A stretch of DNA of 64,000 nt, from the NCBI GenBank assembly GCA_040954595.2, contig CM082577.2, forward strand, positions 14,453,903-14,517,902, read 5' to 3'. Under the pieces are notes generated by a model, which was not told the origin of the DNA, did no database searches, and saw only the letters and a program-made list of their open reading frames with translations. Source of the DNA: Balanoglossus misakiensis (lineage: Eukaryota; Animalia; Hemichordata). This document shows, piece after piece, positions 1-11,099 of the stretch (position 1 is the first letter of the stretch; the number at the start of each line of letters is the position of its first letter). The translations under genes were made by a program, and so were the position numbers.

Positions 1-227
1 CTTGGTCCTTGGTTCTCCCAGTAATGGAGCCCCAATGACACCTGCTACACCCACGGTGCACGGTTCAGACAATTCCCAAACACCAGCTATCAGCGCTATG
101 TTAGAAGAGGTGTATGTCTCAACGGAGGATAGATTTCGTTCGAATTTTTTGATGCGTTATGATGAACGTTGCAAGGATGGTGACAATAATTGTTCCTCGG
201 TACATATAATGCAGTGCCGGTCATTTG
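1..227 (+). CDS. TGF-beta/BMP-like ligand, upstream coding exon (prodomain; 5' end outside window)
   Basis: Open frame 2..227 with SAMLEEVY (like BMP prodomain YMLDLY), ending CRSF-G|GTAAGT (canonical donor at 228, phase 1). Splices in frame to the acceptor at 1104. Confidence 0.7.
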
Positions 228-820
228 GTAAGTAGTCTAACAACTTTTGTCTCACCTGTACACTTAAAGGCTCATCGGCGTTTACCATTCATTCATTTTG
301 TTGACATTCTTACTCGGACCATAAATGAAATTCCTATGTTAAGCGATATATCAAGAGACATCGCGAAAAATGGCAAAACCCGAACGTGGATAGAGAAAAT
401 TGCCACGTGCTCCTGCATATAAGACACAAGTTTATTGCTTCGTCTCCTCTTCAATGCAAAAATTAGACGTAGGACCCTTGAACTTTTAACGTGAGAGTGA
501 TTTTAAAATGTCTTGTTTTTTTTTTAGCATGCTTATAAAGATCGGTTCGCCATTTGGTCAAATATGCGTCGATTTTTTCTGTTTTAACTTCTTAATTTCC
601 GTTACATCGAGACAAAAAAATGGTGATAATTTTACAGTAATTTACCACTTCTTTGTGACTTAAACAGCAAGTTTTCGTGAGTACTGCTGTCACTGTGTAC
701 GTTGACGGCGGCAAAGGTCACCAGGACAGCTTAGACAAAGCGAATACAATAGGTGTGAATGGGCTTAAGCAGCAGTCCTAAGTCCTTCTCTTTTTTACGT
801 CCATCCGTGGCTATCAGTAT

Positions 821-926
821 CGTTCAGTGTAACTGCCCAGTCAATGAAATTCCTATGTTACGTAAGAGATAGATAAATAGCGTTCAGTGTAACTGCCAGT
901 CAATGAAATTCCTATGTTACGTAAGC
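821..926. repeat. Two ~60-bp direct repeats inside the TGF-beta-like intron
   Basis: cgttcagtgtaactgcc(c)agtcaatgaaattcctatgttacgtaag at 821 and 881. Confidence 0.85.
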
Positions 927-944
927 AATATATCAAGATACTAC

Positions 945-1069
945 GGGATGGAAGTTGTGTGTGTGTTCAACTGTCGATATATCCACATGTAAAAAAATAA
1001 CGAAATAGGTGTCTTGTATCAAACAGAAATAATGGAACAAAATGGGTGAGAGAGACTGAGTCCCTTTAA
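945..1069. mobile_element. Diverged single-end remnant of the Kolobok-like foldback element seen at 41790-42241
   Basis: gggatggaagttgtgt...atatatccacat...gtgtcttgtatcaaa...gagagagactgagtccct-TTAA aligns with 42116-42245. Confidence 0.65.
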
Positions 1070-1104
1070 TATGCTGATCCGTTTTATATTTTCTTTTGTT
1101 GTAG

Positions 1105-1829
1105 TCGATCGGCAAGACGTCAACCATCTCGATGCTCATTTTACTTTTGATGTTGCAACGACCACAAGTGTGAACAAGGTTGAAATGTACGTTCCTATCG
1201 CCGGCAATCATGAAGGGGACGGTCATATTCTACTGGCTATGTCAAAGGGTGGCCGCAGGCGTCCTACTATGGACACAATAGCCGATATATCTTTCCACCA
1301 ATTTGACGTCACTCCGCTGGTTAGGAGACAAACTTACACTAAACGCACGCGTAACACTACTACAATTAGTCTCATATGCAAGGATAAAGATTTGTGCAAT
1401 TCCAGTTTGACAAGTGGCACTTTCCTGGTCATGTACACTGAAAAGGAAACCGAAAAACTTGAAGCGGACAAATGTAAAATACACCCTGACGGTGTATCAA
1501 TTGTTACCGACACTGGCAAATTTCTTTGGAATGATCGAATTGCGATTGCTCTAAATTTAACTGGTGAACTCGATTACGATTTAGATTCATGCGCCTTGAC
1601 CAGAATATCGAAACGTGTCGACAGCCTATTCGGGAACACTTCTGTGGCGGATTTGCTTCCATCATACCTCACGTTTCACGTTTGCAGCGGGTACTGCGAG
1701 ACTTCCGATCAAAGTCGGTGTTGTCGACCAACTGGTTTCAATAACATGATTATTTATGTGGCTGGGAGAGTATACACAGAGGTCAATGTAAAGAATTTGG
1801 ATGCAAGTGGCTGTATTTGTTCTTATTAA
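1105..1829 (+). CDS. TGF-beta/BMP-like ligand, last exon (rest of prodomain plus cystine-knot domain)
   Basis: Acceptor ttttcttttgttgtag| at 1104. C-terminal seven-Cys pattern C...CSGYC-x7-CCRP...CIC is typical of the TGF-beta family. Confidence 0.8.
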
Positions 1830-3745
1830 CAGATTGTCAGCCATTGGTAATATAGAGATAGGGGTCGAGATCATATAGTTTCATTCGTGGATTATAGTTA
1901 AGCAGTTAGCTCGAATATTTTATTGTTTAGATTAATAGATTGATGTATTTTAAAACATTTTTGTTATTGATCATTCTACCCTATTAGTGTGTATCACTGT
2001 TATAGAAATTGCTAGATTAATAGATTGATGTATTTTACAGAACGCTTGCATGTTTTTGGGTTCAGTGAGTATCGGCAGATCATGTATGTTTTTTCCGTAA
2101 TTATCATTCACGTTATTAACTATAGTAGACTATGTATTCAATATAAATAAAAATTGCATGTAAAAAAAATCACACTCGCATTGCTTCTCATTATTTTCCC
2201 TTTTCCTTTAGGTCAAATAAACATATATGTGTTTTTACAATTACCCGACCTACACTACTTTAAATCCACCAACTCTGAATTTGTCAGAACCTCTTAAACA
2301 AGACGTGAAACTAGAATATGCAAAATTTATGGACATTGCGATAACACCGCAAAGCCCACTACGTCATTCTTATACAACAAATATTGCGAAATAAACAACT
2401 GTCCCTATCTACCTACCCGAGTTGTCAAAACCATGTATCCGGAACAGCAGATATATATATATGTATTTGTTTGGCTTGATGGGAAATGCATGACAAGAAT
2501 TGAGTTGCCATAATGTCGTTTCTTTATTGGTTAAATAAAATGATAGAAAAATTGTGAAATATAGGTCCATAGTGTTGTTTATTCACGTACGTGCTTTTAT
2601 TTATGTCTGGTGAGTCTCGTTCAATGTACAATTTGTAACCGTTCATAAATCTACCTAAACACTCTGAAACATGGGTCCGAAATTAGCATATTTTATTTGA
2701 TTCAAATGACATGCTAATGATATTTCGTTTGGGCATGCGAGGCCAAAGTGCAGAATCAGCGCGCATATGAGCGAGAGAGTTGTGCAGGTTTGAACTTGAT
2801 TTTCTTTTCACTGGTTGATTGACCGGCGAAAATCTCATCGGTTTTAAGTAAACTGTATATCTACCTTTCATAAACAACAGTTTTAGAATGTATAATAAAA
2901 CGCAAGAGGCCGATTTTTGTAAAAACTTCTGCTGTCATCGTCGCCATACTTTGACCCACTCTGACTGAAAGGTAATTCTCCGATTTAAGTCCCGATTTAC
3001 TAAGGTTACAGGTCGTGAACACTCTTCATATTTGGGAAAAATATTTAATATATATGCAAAAACGCTTGTGGCAAGTTTGAGGGTTCTGCGTCCTTGCCAA
3101 CGAAACTGACGCAGCGTTTTGTCCTGCGGTGCAGTGTGAAATCGACCTCGACCGGGAACGCGGAAGTAAAATTGACTATAGGGCTTCACATTAAGAATAA
3201 GCCTTTCGATCTACTCAGACGTATTTTGGTGATAATACTGGTAAATTGGGCAATTGGGGTCACAAATATTGCCATAAGCCCGACGTGTTTCACCTCTGCT
3301 GTCTATGGTTTCACGTACAATCTCACTGAGAAGGACAGGCTTCGCCAGTGTCCACCGCAAATCAACACGCCCTGGCCTGCGCACAGATCTTTGTGTTCCC
3401 GGCGTCACACGGCCGTGTAACGCGCCGGCAACTCACGTTCACAGACCTGTACGCACGGCTAGAAAGCCCGCACACGTGCGTATATCGGCCCGATTAGCCT
3501 GCTCTGGGGGTAGACATAAGGGTTCAGGTATTTGTGTATTTTGTACAATATTCAGGTGCATAGTCTGCATGATTTATTAAAACATATGGACAGCAAAGTG
3601 TGTGAATTTCAATCTGTCTTCGCTGATCCCCGTGTTTGGCGCGGGAAAGTTTACAAGTCCACGATAGGAGTTTCAAGGCTGACTCAGTGACTGCTATTGA
3701 CATGATATATCTGATGTCCCAACAAGAAAACAAAGTTTGTACATA

Positions 3746-4483
3746 CCGTACTTGCCCGGGTAAGAACCCCCCCCCCCCGGCCGAATATCCATTAAATTCT
3801 TGGAAATTTAATAAAGTGCAATGCAAAAAAGGCGGATTTTCATCCCCAAAGTCACTACAAGTGACAAAAAATGTATGATGATTTACTTTCGCGCTGATTA
3901 TCGTACCGACGGCGGCCGACTGGCCACGCTGAGTTATATATAGCCGCTCTAGAAAACATGATCTCATATAGGTCCCTCGGGACTTTGCCTCTAATTCAAC
4001 GATCAAGGGAGCTTTCCAAAGCGGCCGCGTGGAGCTGCTTCAGGCCGTCCTCGACGCGAAACAACCAACATTGGAGATCCCGACTTGGACTCGGAGAATG
4101 AACCACTCAAAAAGTCCGGCGTCCGTCGACGTCTAAGTATTAAATGCATGTGTGGGATCGACCATTTACCAATGTCCCGGTTAAACGGGATGTTTTGTCT
4201 GCGCCCATGGTGTCCCGATTAAACGGCGGCGACTGTAATATGGTTTCTGTATTTGATTTATGGGTAAAACACTTTTTATTATTTAATAAATACATTGTTT
4301 GACCGTGAAATGTTTGGCCATGTTATTTGCATAATTATTCACCCCTTCCTCGTGTCCCTAGGCCCTCAGTTGCATAAATGTCGAGGTTGCGTCCGGGCTA
4401 AAGCCCCCCCCCCCCCCCCCCCTCCCTGTTTTTTCGCTAATCTATGGACCCAGCACCCGGGGCTCTTACCCGGGCAAGTACGG
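3746..4483. mobile_element. MITE, Tc1/mariner-pogo-like (TA TSD)
   Basis: TA|CCGTACTTGCCCGGGTAAGA ... TCTTACCCGGGCAAGTACGG|TA: 20-bp perfect TIR, TA on both sides, no transposase ORF. A possible nested pogo/Tigger-type end (...cgactgta) lies near 4237. Confidence 0.85.
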
Positions 4484-4641
4484 TATTCCACAAAGCCTGT
4501 TGTATGTTTTATTGTCACAATCAGTACAAATTTACCAGTATCATACAATCTAGAATAAACTGACAGATCGATTTGATATGAAAAGGAACATCACTGTTTT
4601 GGGAGTGTAAAATGCGAGTGTAAAATGCGACGTCCGACAGT

Positions 4642-5325
4642 TTAATTGAGCATTTTCAATATCTTTGCATGAATACTATTTATCAAATTGTTCAAGTCTA
4701 TATAATGCTCCTCAATGAATATCCAGGACACAATCACAAACGCACTAACTGATGTGACCGCGATTATAAAATATAGCCGAGAGGAATTTTGTGCGTAGTC
4801 GCTCGCTGGTGGTAAAGGGTCTGTAAACAACTGGATAGAATATGTGAGGTTGTATGTTTCTGGTCCCGAATGCAGTCTTGATTGTGATAAGTTACCAGCG
4901 GAATGTAATGCGTATATACACTTTGTGAATAAATACATGTTTGGTTGCCATATCATGGAACAAAACCTTACAGGATCTTTGTACACATCGAAAGATTTGT
5001 GTAATGGAATCATGCGTTTATACTCAATGACCGTATTCTTCGGTATCCTATCAAAGGACGTTAACTGGACGAGGTGGCGGTTTGTATTAATATGATAACA
5101 TGACCCATTCATCATGACGTGGCAAGACGGTTTCCAAAGCCGAATACGGTCGATTAACAGACTACTTCTTGTATTGATGATAAACGACAAATTGTCACTG
5201 TTCACATCAACATTAACGTGAAACCCGCTAGGTAAAAACAATAACTCTGAGATGACCGGTGACGAACAGGCGACTGATAGGCACACTGCTAGTAATAACA
5301 GAGAGTCCCGTTGGAGGAGGATCAT
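4642..5325 (-). CDS. Putative type I membrane glycoprotein
   Basis: Signal-peptide-like MILLQRDSLLLLAVCLSVACS, several N-x-S/T sites, C-terminal hydrophobic helix LYFIIAVTSVSAFVIVSWIFI. Start codon uncertain. Confidence 0.65.
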   Translation of the reverse strand: MILLQRDSLLLLAVCLSVACSSPVISELLFLPSGFHVNVDVNSDNLSFIINTRSSLLIDRIRLWKPSCHVMMNGSCYHINTNRHLVQLTSFDRIPKNTVIEYKRMIPLHKSFDVYKDPVRFCSMIWQPNMYLFTKCIYALHSAGNLSQSRLHSGPETYNLTYSIQLFTDPLPPASDYAQNSSRLYFIIAVTSVSAFVIVSWIFIEEHYIDLNNLINSIHAKILKMLN

Positions 5326-5338
5326 ACGTCGGACGCGC

Positions 5339-6085
5339 ATGACGCTGTTTGGTTTCTGTAAGAGCTTGAGAGGTTGGCTTCCTCTGGAAAATGAATGTGA
5401 CGTTGATAATGACAATGATGAACTATGTGAAGATGATTACAAAATCCGCCAAGCTCTGAGTGAATTATCCAATCGCATCGATGGTATAATTAATATGATT
5501 TCGGACAAGAAGCAGAGGGTTTCGGAAGATATGCGAACTCTAGTAACTGAAAAAGATCGATTGAAGAGAGATGCACTCGAGAATATACGTGATCTGCCAG
5601 AAGATTTTCGTTCGCATGATACTTTGACTTCTCCCCTGGAGATCGCTAAACTTGATATGATTACGTTAATAAGAAAGGAAAGAATACTACGCGAATACTA
5701 CAAGACTCTGAATAATGTTGAAGGAAACATGTATGGGGTACGAATGAGCACAGAGCGACACCAATTATGTCACAGTACAAAGAGTGCACTGAATCACGTC
5801 CCTCGGCGTATTCGACACAATAAAGTCGACGACGTGTTAACCATGACAACGCAATATAACGACATTCTATACGAACTCACGAGACGCCTCGAGTTACCGC
5901 TAGACACAAGATCTCTGCAGGATTTTTCGCATAGCGACGGAGATATCGAGAGAGAGATGGAATCATTTCTGCTGGGAGACACATTGACAAACACCCAACA
6001 GAACATCCATGCTCAATACCATCATGACACACCTGATGCATCTATGAATGAATTATTAAAAGTCCAGACAACGCTTGCGAATTAA
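5339..6085 (+). CDS. Snf7/CHMP4-like ESCRT-III protein
   Basis: N-terminal amphipathic MTLFGFCKSL and long helical core. NKVDDVLTMTTQYNDILYELTRRLELPL...SDGDIEREMESFL resembles CHMP4 DKVDELMQDIADQQELAEEISTAISKPV...DEDELMAELEEL. Confidence 0.65.
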   Translation: MTLFGFCKSLRGWLPLENECDVDNDNDELCEDDYKIRQALSELSNRIDGIINMISDKKQRVSEDMRTLVTEKDRLKRDALENIRDLPEDFRSHDTLTSPLEIAKLDMITLIRKERILREYYKTLNNVEGNMYGVRMSTERHQLCHSTKSALNHVPRRIRHNKVDDVLTMTTQYNDILYELTRRLELPLDTRSLQDFSHSDGDIEREMESFLLGDTLTNTQQNIHAQYHHDTPDASMNELLKVQTTLAN

Positions 6086-6093
6086 AACTGTAT

Positions 6094-6708
6094 TTATGTT
6101 TTCAAGTGTTCATCATTTGTCCAAAATTGGGCATTCAGCCAGCATTTGTTGTATAGTTTGCACAAGTCCAGCATATTCTGTATTTGATAATCCGGTCGAC
6201 ATAACGCCGGTAACTTTCCCTTTAATTCTACTGAGTTGTTGACAATTAAGTTGTCCTTCACGGAGATTGTCGCAGTGACCTTGACAACGCCCCTCTGTAG
6301 ATTCATTCTACTTCCCCTTTTGTTCTGACTTATTGGTGTCATGAACCCAATCAATACACCGTGACGGTCGTACACTCTAGACATAGGACGTTCTAATGGG
6401 GACAATTTATGTATTAAATTGAAATCAGGCGACTGTTCGACGTCCACCTCTTTCATGCGATCCACGTCGGCTTTCTTTTTAGAAAGGTCACATTTCATTC
6501 TTTCTCTATTACGAACGATTGAATCGATAATATTACCATTACACGATGTGACGCAATTCATACCCAAAACATCCTTTGCTGTGACATTCTCAGCGAAGAA
6601 AACGGCAACCCCTTTTGAACATATTCGCCCGAAAAATTGCTCAAATGACTCCATTGTTACACCCACATTACATACTGTACAGACGAAACAACAAAAACGC
6701 AATAACAA
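6094..6708 (-). CDS. Hypothetical protein (~186-204 aa)
   Basis: Long ORF convergent with the Snf7-like gene (stops 8 bp apart). No recognised motif. Confidence 0.55.
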   Translation of the reverse strand: MLLRFCCFVCTVCNVGVTMESFEQFFGRICSKGVAVFFAENVTAKDVLGMNCVTSCNGNIIDSIVRNRERMKCDLSKKKADVDRMKEVDVEQSPDFNLIHKLSPLERPMSRVYDRHGVLIGFMTPISQNKRGSRMNLQRGVVKVTATISVKDNLIVNNSVELKGKLPALCRPDYQIQNMLDLCKLYNKCWLNAQFWTNDEHLKT

Positions 6709-6966
6709 GATACGTTAAGATGACGATACGTATGATTTTCAATCCAATAAACGTTATTATTACTAATTCATGTGAAAGAAACAACAACAAAACACTTTGT
6801 CTATCAGATGAGGTCATTGGTGTTGTTTTCAGCGGGTGGCGTGTGGCAGACTGTCAAGGCCAAACTTGTACATGTAACGTTGAACATGCTAAGGGTGACC
6901 TTTTTTTATTTGTTTCTAATCGCCAGAGGAATCGTCAGGCAGGGCGGGCTGGCGAAATAAACTAAA

Positions 6967-7006
<40 letters not shown>

Positions 7007-7671
7007 GTTCTAGTTCAATGTTTTATCCATTACAAACAAATGCGTAGACCTATTTGTTTCAGTTCAATGTTCAGGCTGTTCAGTCATTGCAATTTCTCAT
7101 CTTTCAGTCCAGTGTTCTATGTTATCTGTCCTTTCAGTCACTATAATTTCTTGTCTTTCACTTTAGTGCTCTGTCCTTTTACTCTCTACAGTTTCTTTCC
7201 TTTCCTCCGGCCTCGATGACTTCAGGGATGAATGACACGCTGGTCTCACACGACTGCCATGGTATGCCGTCAGTTGCACACTGATCTGCAAAATCTCACA
7301 GTTAGCCGTTGGGGACACTGTTGCTAGGATGATCGCCTCAGGGAATGTTTTATTACTTTCATGTCGGAGCTGAAATTTAGGGTCTAGCGAGAGATGGGAA
7401 ACACAGAAAATAAAAATGTCGCCCTGACACATGTGTCCGACTCTCACCACTGACACATTACATGTACGTGTAATAATTACATCACTGGTGTTGTTTTCGG
7501 CTGTTGATGTGTCTCCACAAATGTATCACCTTTACATTTTGAACATGCTAAGACGTGTGTCATGTTAGATGTGCATGTGTGTATGTGTCGTGAACAACGA
7601 ATAAAAGGGGAACCAGTTTCACCGATCAACATAAACGCTTTGGGTACCGGCAACAGAGGTTCTATTCATTC

Positions 7672-8478
7672 ATGGTGGCTGTTTTAAGCTGTAAGATGAC
7701 TATTCCACCCATCCTTTTCAGTCCACTTCCAAGGGACGTCGTTGTAGATATGGCGACTGAACCTACGGGCGGTGGTGACATGCCAACATCTGTTGGCGAC
7801 TTCTCGCGAAGAAACCCACGTGCCAGCGTCGGTGATAAATTTCCAATGACTTCACGTGTAGGTAAAGGCGTGGCGACTGAACCTACGGGCGGTGGTGACA
7901 TGCCAACATCTGTTGGCGACTTCTCGCGAAGAAACCCACGTGCCAGCGTCGGTGATAAATTTCCAATAACTTCACCTGTAGGTAAAGGCGTGGCGACTGA
8001 AACTGCGGGCGGCGGAGCAACTTTCAGAGGTGACATGCCAACAACTGTTGGCGACTTCTCGCGAAGAAACCCACGTGCCAGCGTCGGTGATAAATTTCCA
8101 ATAACTTCACGTGTAGGTAAAGGCTTTGCGACTGAACCTACGGGCGGCGGAGTTCCTTCCAGAGGTGACATGCCGACAACTGAAATGCAGAAGATTGATC
8201 CGGGCGTGAAACGCAAAGCAGATGTTGTTGAAGATAATTATGAGAGCGATACTGACGAAGATAGTGGTATCAGCAGCTACACAGATAGTTCACCGGAGAT
8301 GGTTGACCTAAGATGCTTCGCACATTTGAAGAGGGTCTACGGCCATTCTGACACTGGTGAACCGAAAGCAAGTACAAGCCAACATCCTGTAGTGGTCGAA
8401 TCACCTAAGCGCAAATTTAACACCGTAGGTGAATGCGACAGAAAGTGCCGTAAGAAGCGAAATAATCCACGAGATTAG
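7672..8478 (+). CDS. Low-complexity protein with ~40-aa internal repeats, acidic patch and basic NLS-like tail
   Basis: In-frame 120/135-bp tandem units at ~7751-8180 (ATEPTGGGDMPTSVGDFSRRNPRASVGDKFP...). C-terminus RKCRKKR, followed by AATAAA at ~8514. Confidence 0.65.
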   Translation: MVAVLSCKMTIPPILFSPLPRDVVVDMATEPTGGGDMPTSVGDFSRRNPRASVGDKFPMTSRVGKGVATEPTGGGDMPTSVGDFSRRNPRASVGDKFPITSPVGKGVATETAGGGATFRGDMPTTVGDFSRRNPRASVGDKFPITSRVGKGFATEPTGGGVPSRGDMPTTEMQKIDPGVKRKADVVEDNYESDTDEDSGISSYTDSSPEMVDLRCFAHLKRVYGHSDTGEPKASTSQHPVVVESPKRKFNTVGECDRKCRKKRNNPRD

Positions 8479-8712
8479 CAAATGTATGTGCACAAACATA
8501 TATTATGTATTTCAATAAAGATAATGCGTAAAGAGACCCTCGTGTGTGTATCTCAATAATATGTCCTGTTATAACAGATTGATAATGTATTTAAAAGTAC
8601 GCTTATGCATGTACCATTATTGATATGATATCTAACAACTTTTAAGTGTCGCCAAGTTTGCTAGTATAAGAGAGCTTTACCATACATAAACGTTCGCGTA
8701 TAAGTGTGTTAT

Positions 8713-9714
8713 ATGAGAAAAACAATGTACCGGGCTATCTCGTCACTTTTGCAAGGCTGCTCAAGGACAAAAGTCAGCGACGTGGCAAAAGTGCCACTGT
8801 CAGATAGGTGTGCGGGCAAGGTTCGGAAAAAACGCCGCAAACCCAAACATGCTACCCATAAGGACCTTGCAACGAAAATAGTAATAGAACAGACTGAAAA
8901 CGAGGCTGCTCTTTCTAAAAGATACCAGGAATTATATGATTTGTATTCTATATCGCTAGAAAAGAGCAAACGTCTAGAAAATGAGGAGATGAGATTGAAA
9001 CAACAACTAGAACTAATCGGGAACACTCAACAACATTGCTGCGAGGGAGGAGAGGATGGGCCCGGTACAGATGCAGCAGGAGGGGATTCGGATTGGATGA
9101 AGAGAGTGAACCGTTTACAGCTGTCTTTAATTGACCAACAAATGAAAGACAAACACAAAGACGAGGCCATCGGTTCTCTCCGGGAGAAATTGGACGAATT
9201 ACAACGCGATCTCACTCGTCAACTATCACAAAATGAATTGTTGCGAGCCGAACTGGAGACCACTTCTAAACGTGAAGCCTTACACAGCAGCGCAATCGAT
9301 CCGGAAGTATGCTGTATGGACAAGTTGGGACATATATTTGCCCACCTGTTTCACGTTGACAAACAAGAGATATTCTCTCGAGAGATAATAAATGGCCGCC
9401 AAGTTACCCGGGGAATTTCGGAATGGTTCGCGTTTCTCATTCACGATGGATTTAGAGACATTAACATGAAATTACGTGAAACGATCGGACCTTTACAGGC
9501 TTTTGTACAATGGACTTGCGAATACGGTCTCGCTTGCGCATTTTGCGAATATCTTAGAGACTTTCAAAAGTATAAAGAAACTCGTTATGAAAAGATGACC
9601 GGTAAAGACAGAACTGCGATGGAGAAACACAAACGAGCCAGTCACATGAAATTCATTGCCAAAATAACCGAGTGTGTGGTAGCGAACGGAGCACCTTCGA
9701 CGAAAACGCGCTAA
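8713..9714 (+). CDS. Coiled-coil protein, function unknown
   Basis: ~333-aa ORF with TATA-like tataag upstream, heptad-rich segments and a basic KKRRKPK patch. Confidence 0.7.
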   Translation: MRKTMYRAISSLLQGCSRTKVSDVAKVPLSDRCAGKVRKKRRKPKHATHKDLATKIVIEQTENEAALSKRYQELYDLYSISLEKSKRLENEEMRLKQQLELIGNTQQHCCEGGEDGPGTDAAGGDSDWMKRVNRLQLSLIDQQMKDKHKDEAIGSLREKLDELQRDLTRQLSQNELLRAELETTSKREALHSSAIDPEVCCMDKLGHIFAHLFHVDKQEIFSREIINGRQVTRGISEWFAFLIHDGFRDINMKLRETIGPLQAFVQWTCEYGLACAFCEYLRDFQKYKETRYEKMTGKDRTAMEKHKRASHMKFIAKITECVVANGAPSTKTR

Positions 9715-9727
9715 TTAAAACTGTTTC

Positions 9728-9947
9728 AAATTCGGAATTTGAATGGTGATCATAGTCTAAGAGTTATTCGTCATTCGCACATAATTATGGGATTTCTGAG
9801 CTCATCGCTCGTCACATATGAACGTATGAGGGCGCCATTGCGTGGGCCTCTCTGGCAACGCGACGTGCGATGAGCTCAGAAATCCCATAATTATGTGCGA
9901 ATGACGAATAACTCTTAGACTATGATCACCATTCAAATTCCGAATTT
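9728..9947. repeat. Perfect inverted repeat, 81-bp arms with 58-bp spacer
   Basis: 9728-9808 is the exact reverse complement of 9867-9947. Confidence 0.95.
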
Positions 9948-10574
9948 ACAGCAGAAATTTCAGTGTTCACGTTCAACTTCAGCGTGAAGCAAAAGGCTGA
10001 TTGTGGAGACCAACCTCTGTGCATGGCAGGGCTGTGTGTCGTACGGCTGATACCTTCACCACAGCCGGCCCTGCTCACTCAAAATACCGGGCAAAGCTGG
10101 CGATTCCCGACCGATCTTTGGGCAGTCATTTCGACTAGAATTTCCGTCTCTGAATCAAAACTCGTGGATCGATAACCGTTACCGAGCACACCTCATCCAT
10201 ACGGGACGACCAAACGCTCCAAAACGCCTCACAACTTGTACAACGGCCCCTTTTTGGACTCTATGCGAGAGAAACCACGGCCATCTTGTTATAGCTTGCA
10301 CACAAGTTCTGCAGTGCATTGTGGGTAAAATAATGTTTATCAACAAAGGCTATTTCGGGACGATACCCGCCTTTTAACGGGCACATTGGTGCACATGATG
10401 TACAATTTACACTGTTTTAAATTCGACTCTTACAAGCATCACGAACGAGTAGATAACCAAAAGAAAACCACCGACACCCGTTGCATGTCCAACCATATAA
10501 AAACAACATTTTATGTAGCACCGTTAAATTGATATTGCCTAGCCCGTCGACAGCACCATCTTCATACAGCAGTA

Positions 10575-10889
10575 ATGGATTTATCTTTAGACCAAGCCGA
10601 AACCGGCACGTGTAAATTGTGCCTTGTGCGATTGAATGGGAAAAAACAGGCCGTAGAGCATCTGAGTGGTAGGCGACATATGACAAAACTTAAAATATTT
10701 CATAATGGACCGTCTCCTGCAAAATTGATGTGTTTAACTTGTTTGGTTGAGTTTAACAGTGAAGAGAACGCCAAGCAACACTACCTCGGATCAAAACACA
10801 GACAGTTGATGTGCACCGCAGTGAGACTTAGAAATCAGTTCTGGGAATTGCGAGCTTCCTGCTGTACAATCCCGCCTGTGCTTAAATAG
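10575..10889 (+). CDS. Small protein with two matrin/U1-type (JAZ/ZNF346/ZMAT3-like) C2H2 zinc fingers
   Basis: CKLCLVRLNGKKQAVEHLSGRRH and CLTCLVEFNSEENAKQHYLGSKH match the C-x2-C-x12-H-x5-H fingers ending H-x-x-G-x-x-H. Confidence 0.8.
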   Translation: MDLSLDQAETGTCKLCLVRLNGKKQAVEHLSGRRHMTKLKIFHNGPSPAKLMCLTCLVEFNSEENAKQHYLGSKHRQLMCTAVRLRNQFWELRASCCTIPPVLK

Positions 10890-11099
10890 CGCCAAAGTTC
10901 GCTCCAAATTCATTTCATTCGCAGTTGTCGTGCTAGCATAAACATTTATGAGTGCACAAATATAGAACCGTTATATTTGCGGCAGTCTGAAATCGTGTAT
11001 CATACGAAAATCAATATAGGGCGTACAACAATATCGAACCCTGTGAGAAAAGATACAAAAATAGTTCACCGGAGTCCAAGTTTAAACAACAAAGGCAAG

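Noticed and set aside
2500-3200. Host-like non-coding sequence ending ...ctatagggcttcacattaa, possible transposon remnant
   Set aside because: No partner TIR or TSD identified. The small ORFs here lack motifs.
6965-7003. Poly(A) run as a retroposon tail
   Set aside because: No TSD or recognisable SINE/LINE body upstream.
7662-8216. 184-aa minus-strand ORF
   Set aside because: Antisense shadow of the in-frame repeats of 7672..8478.
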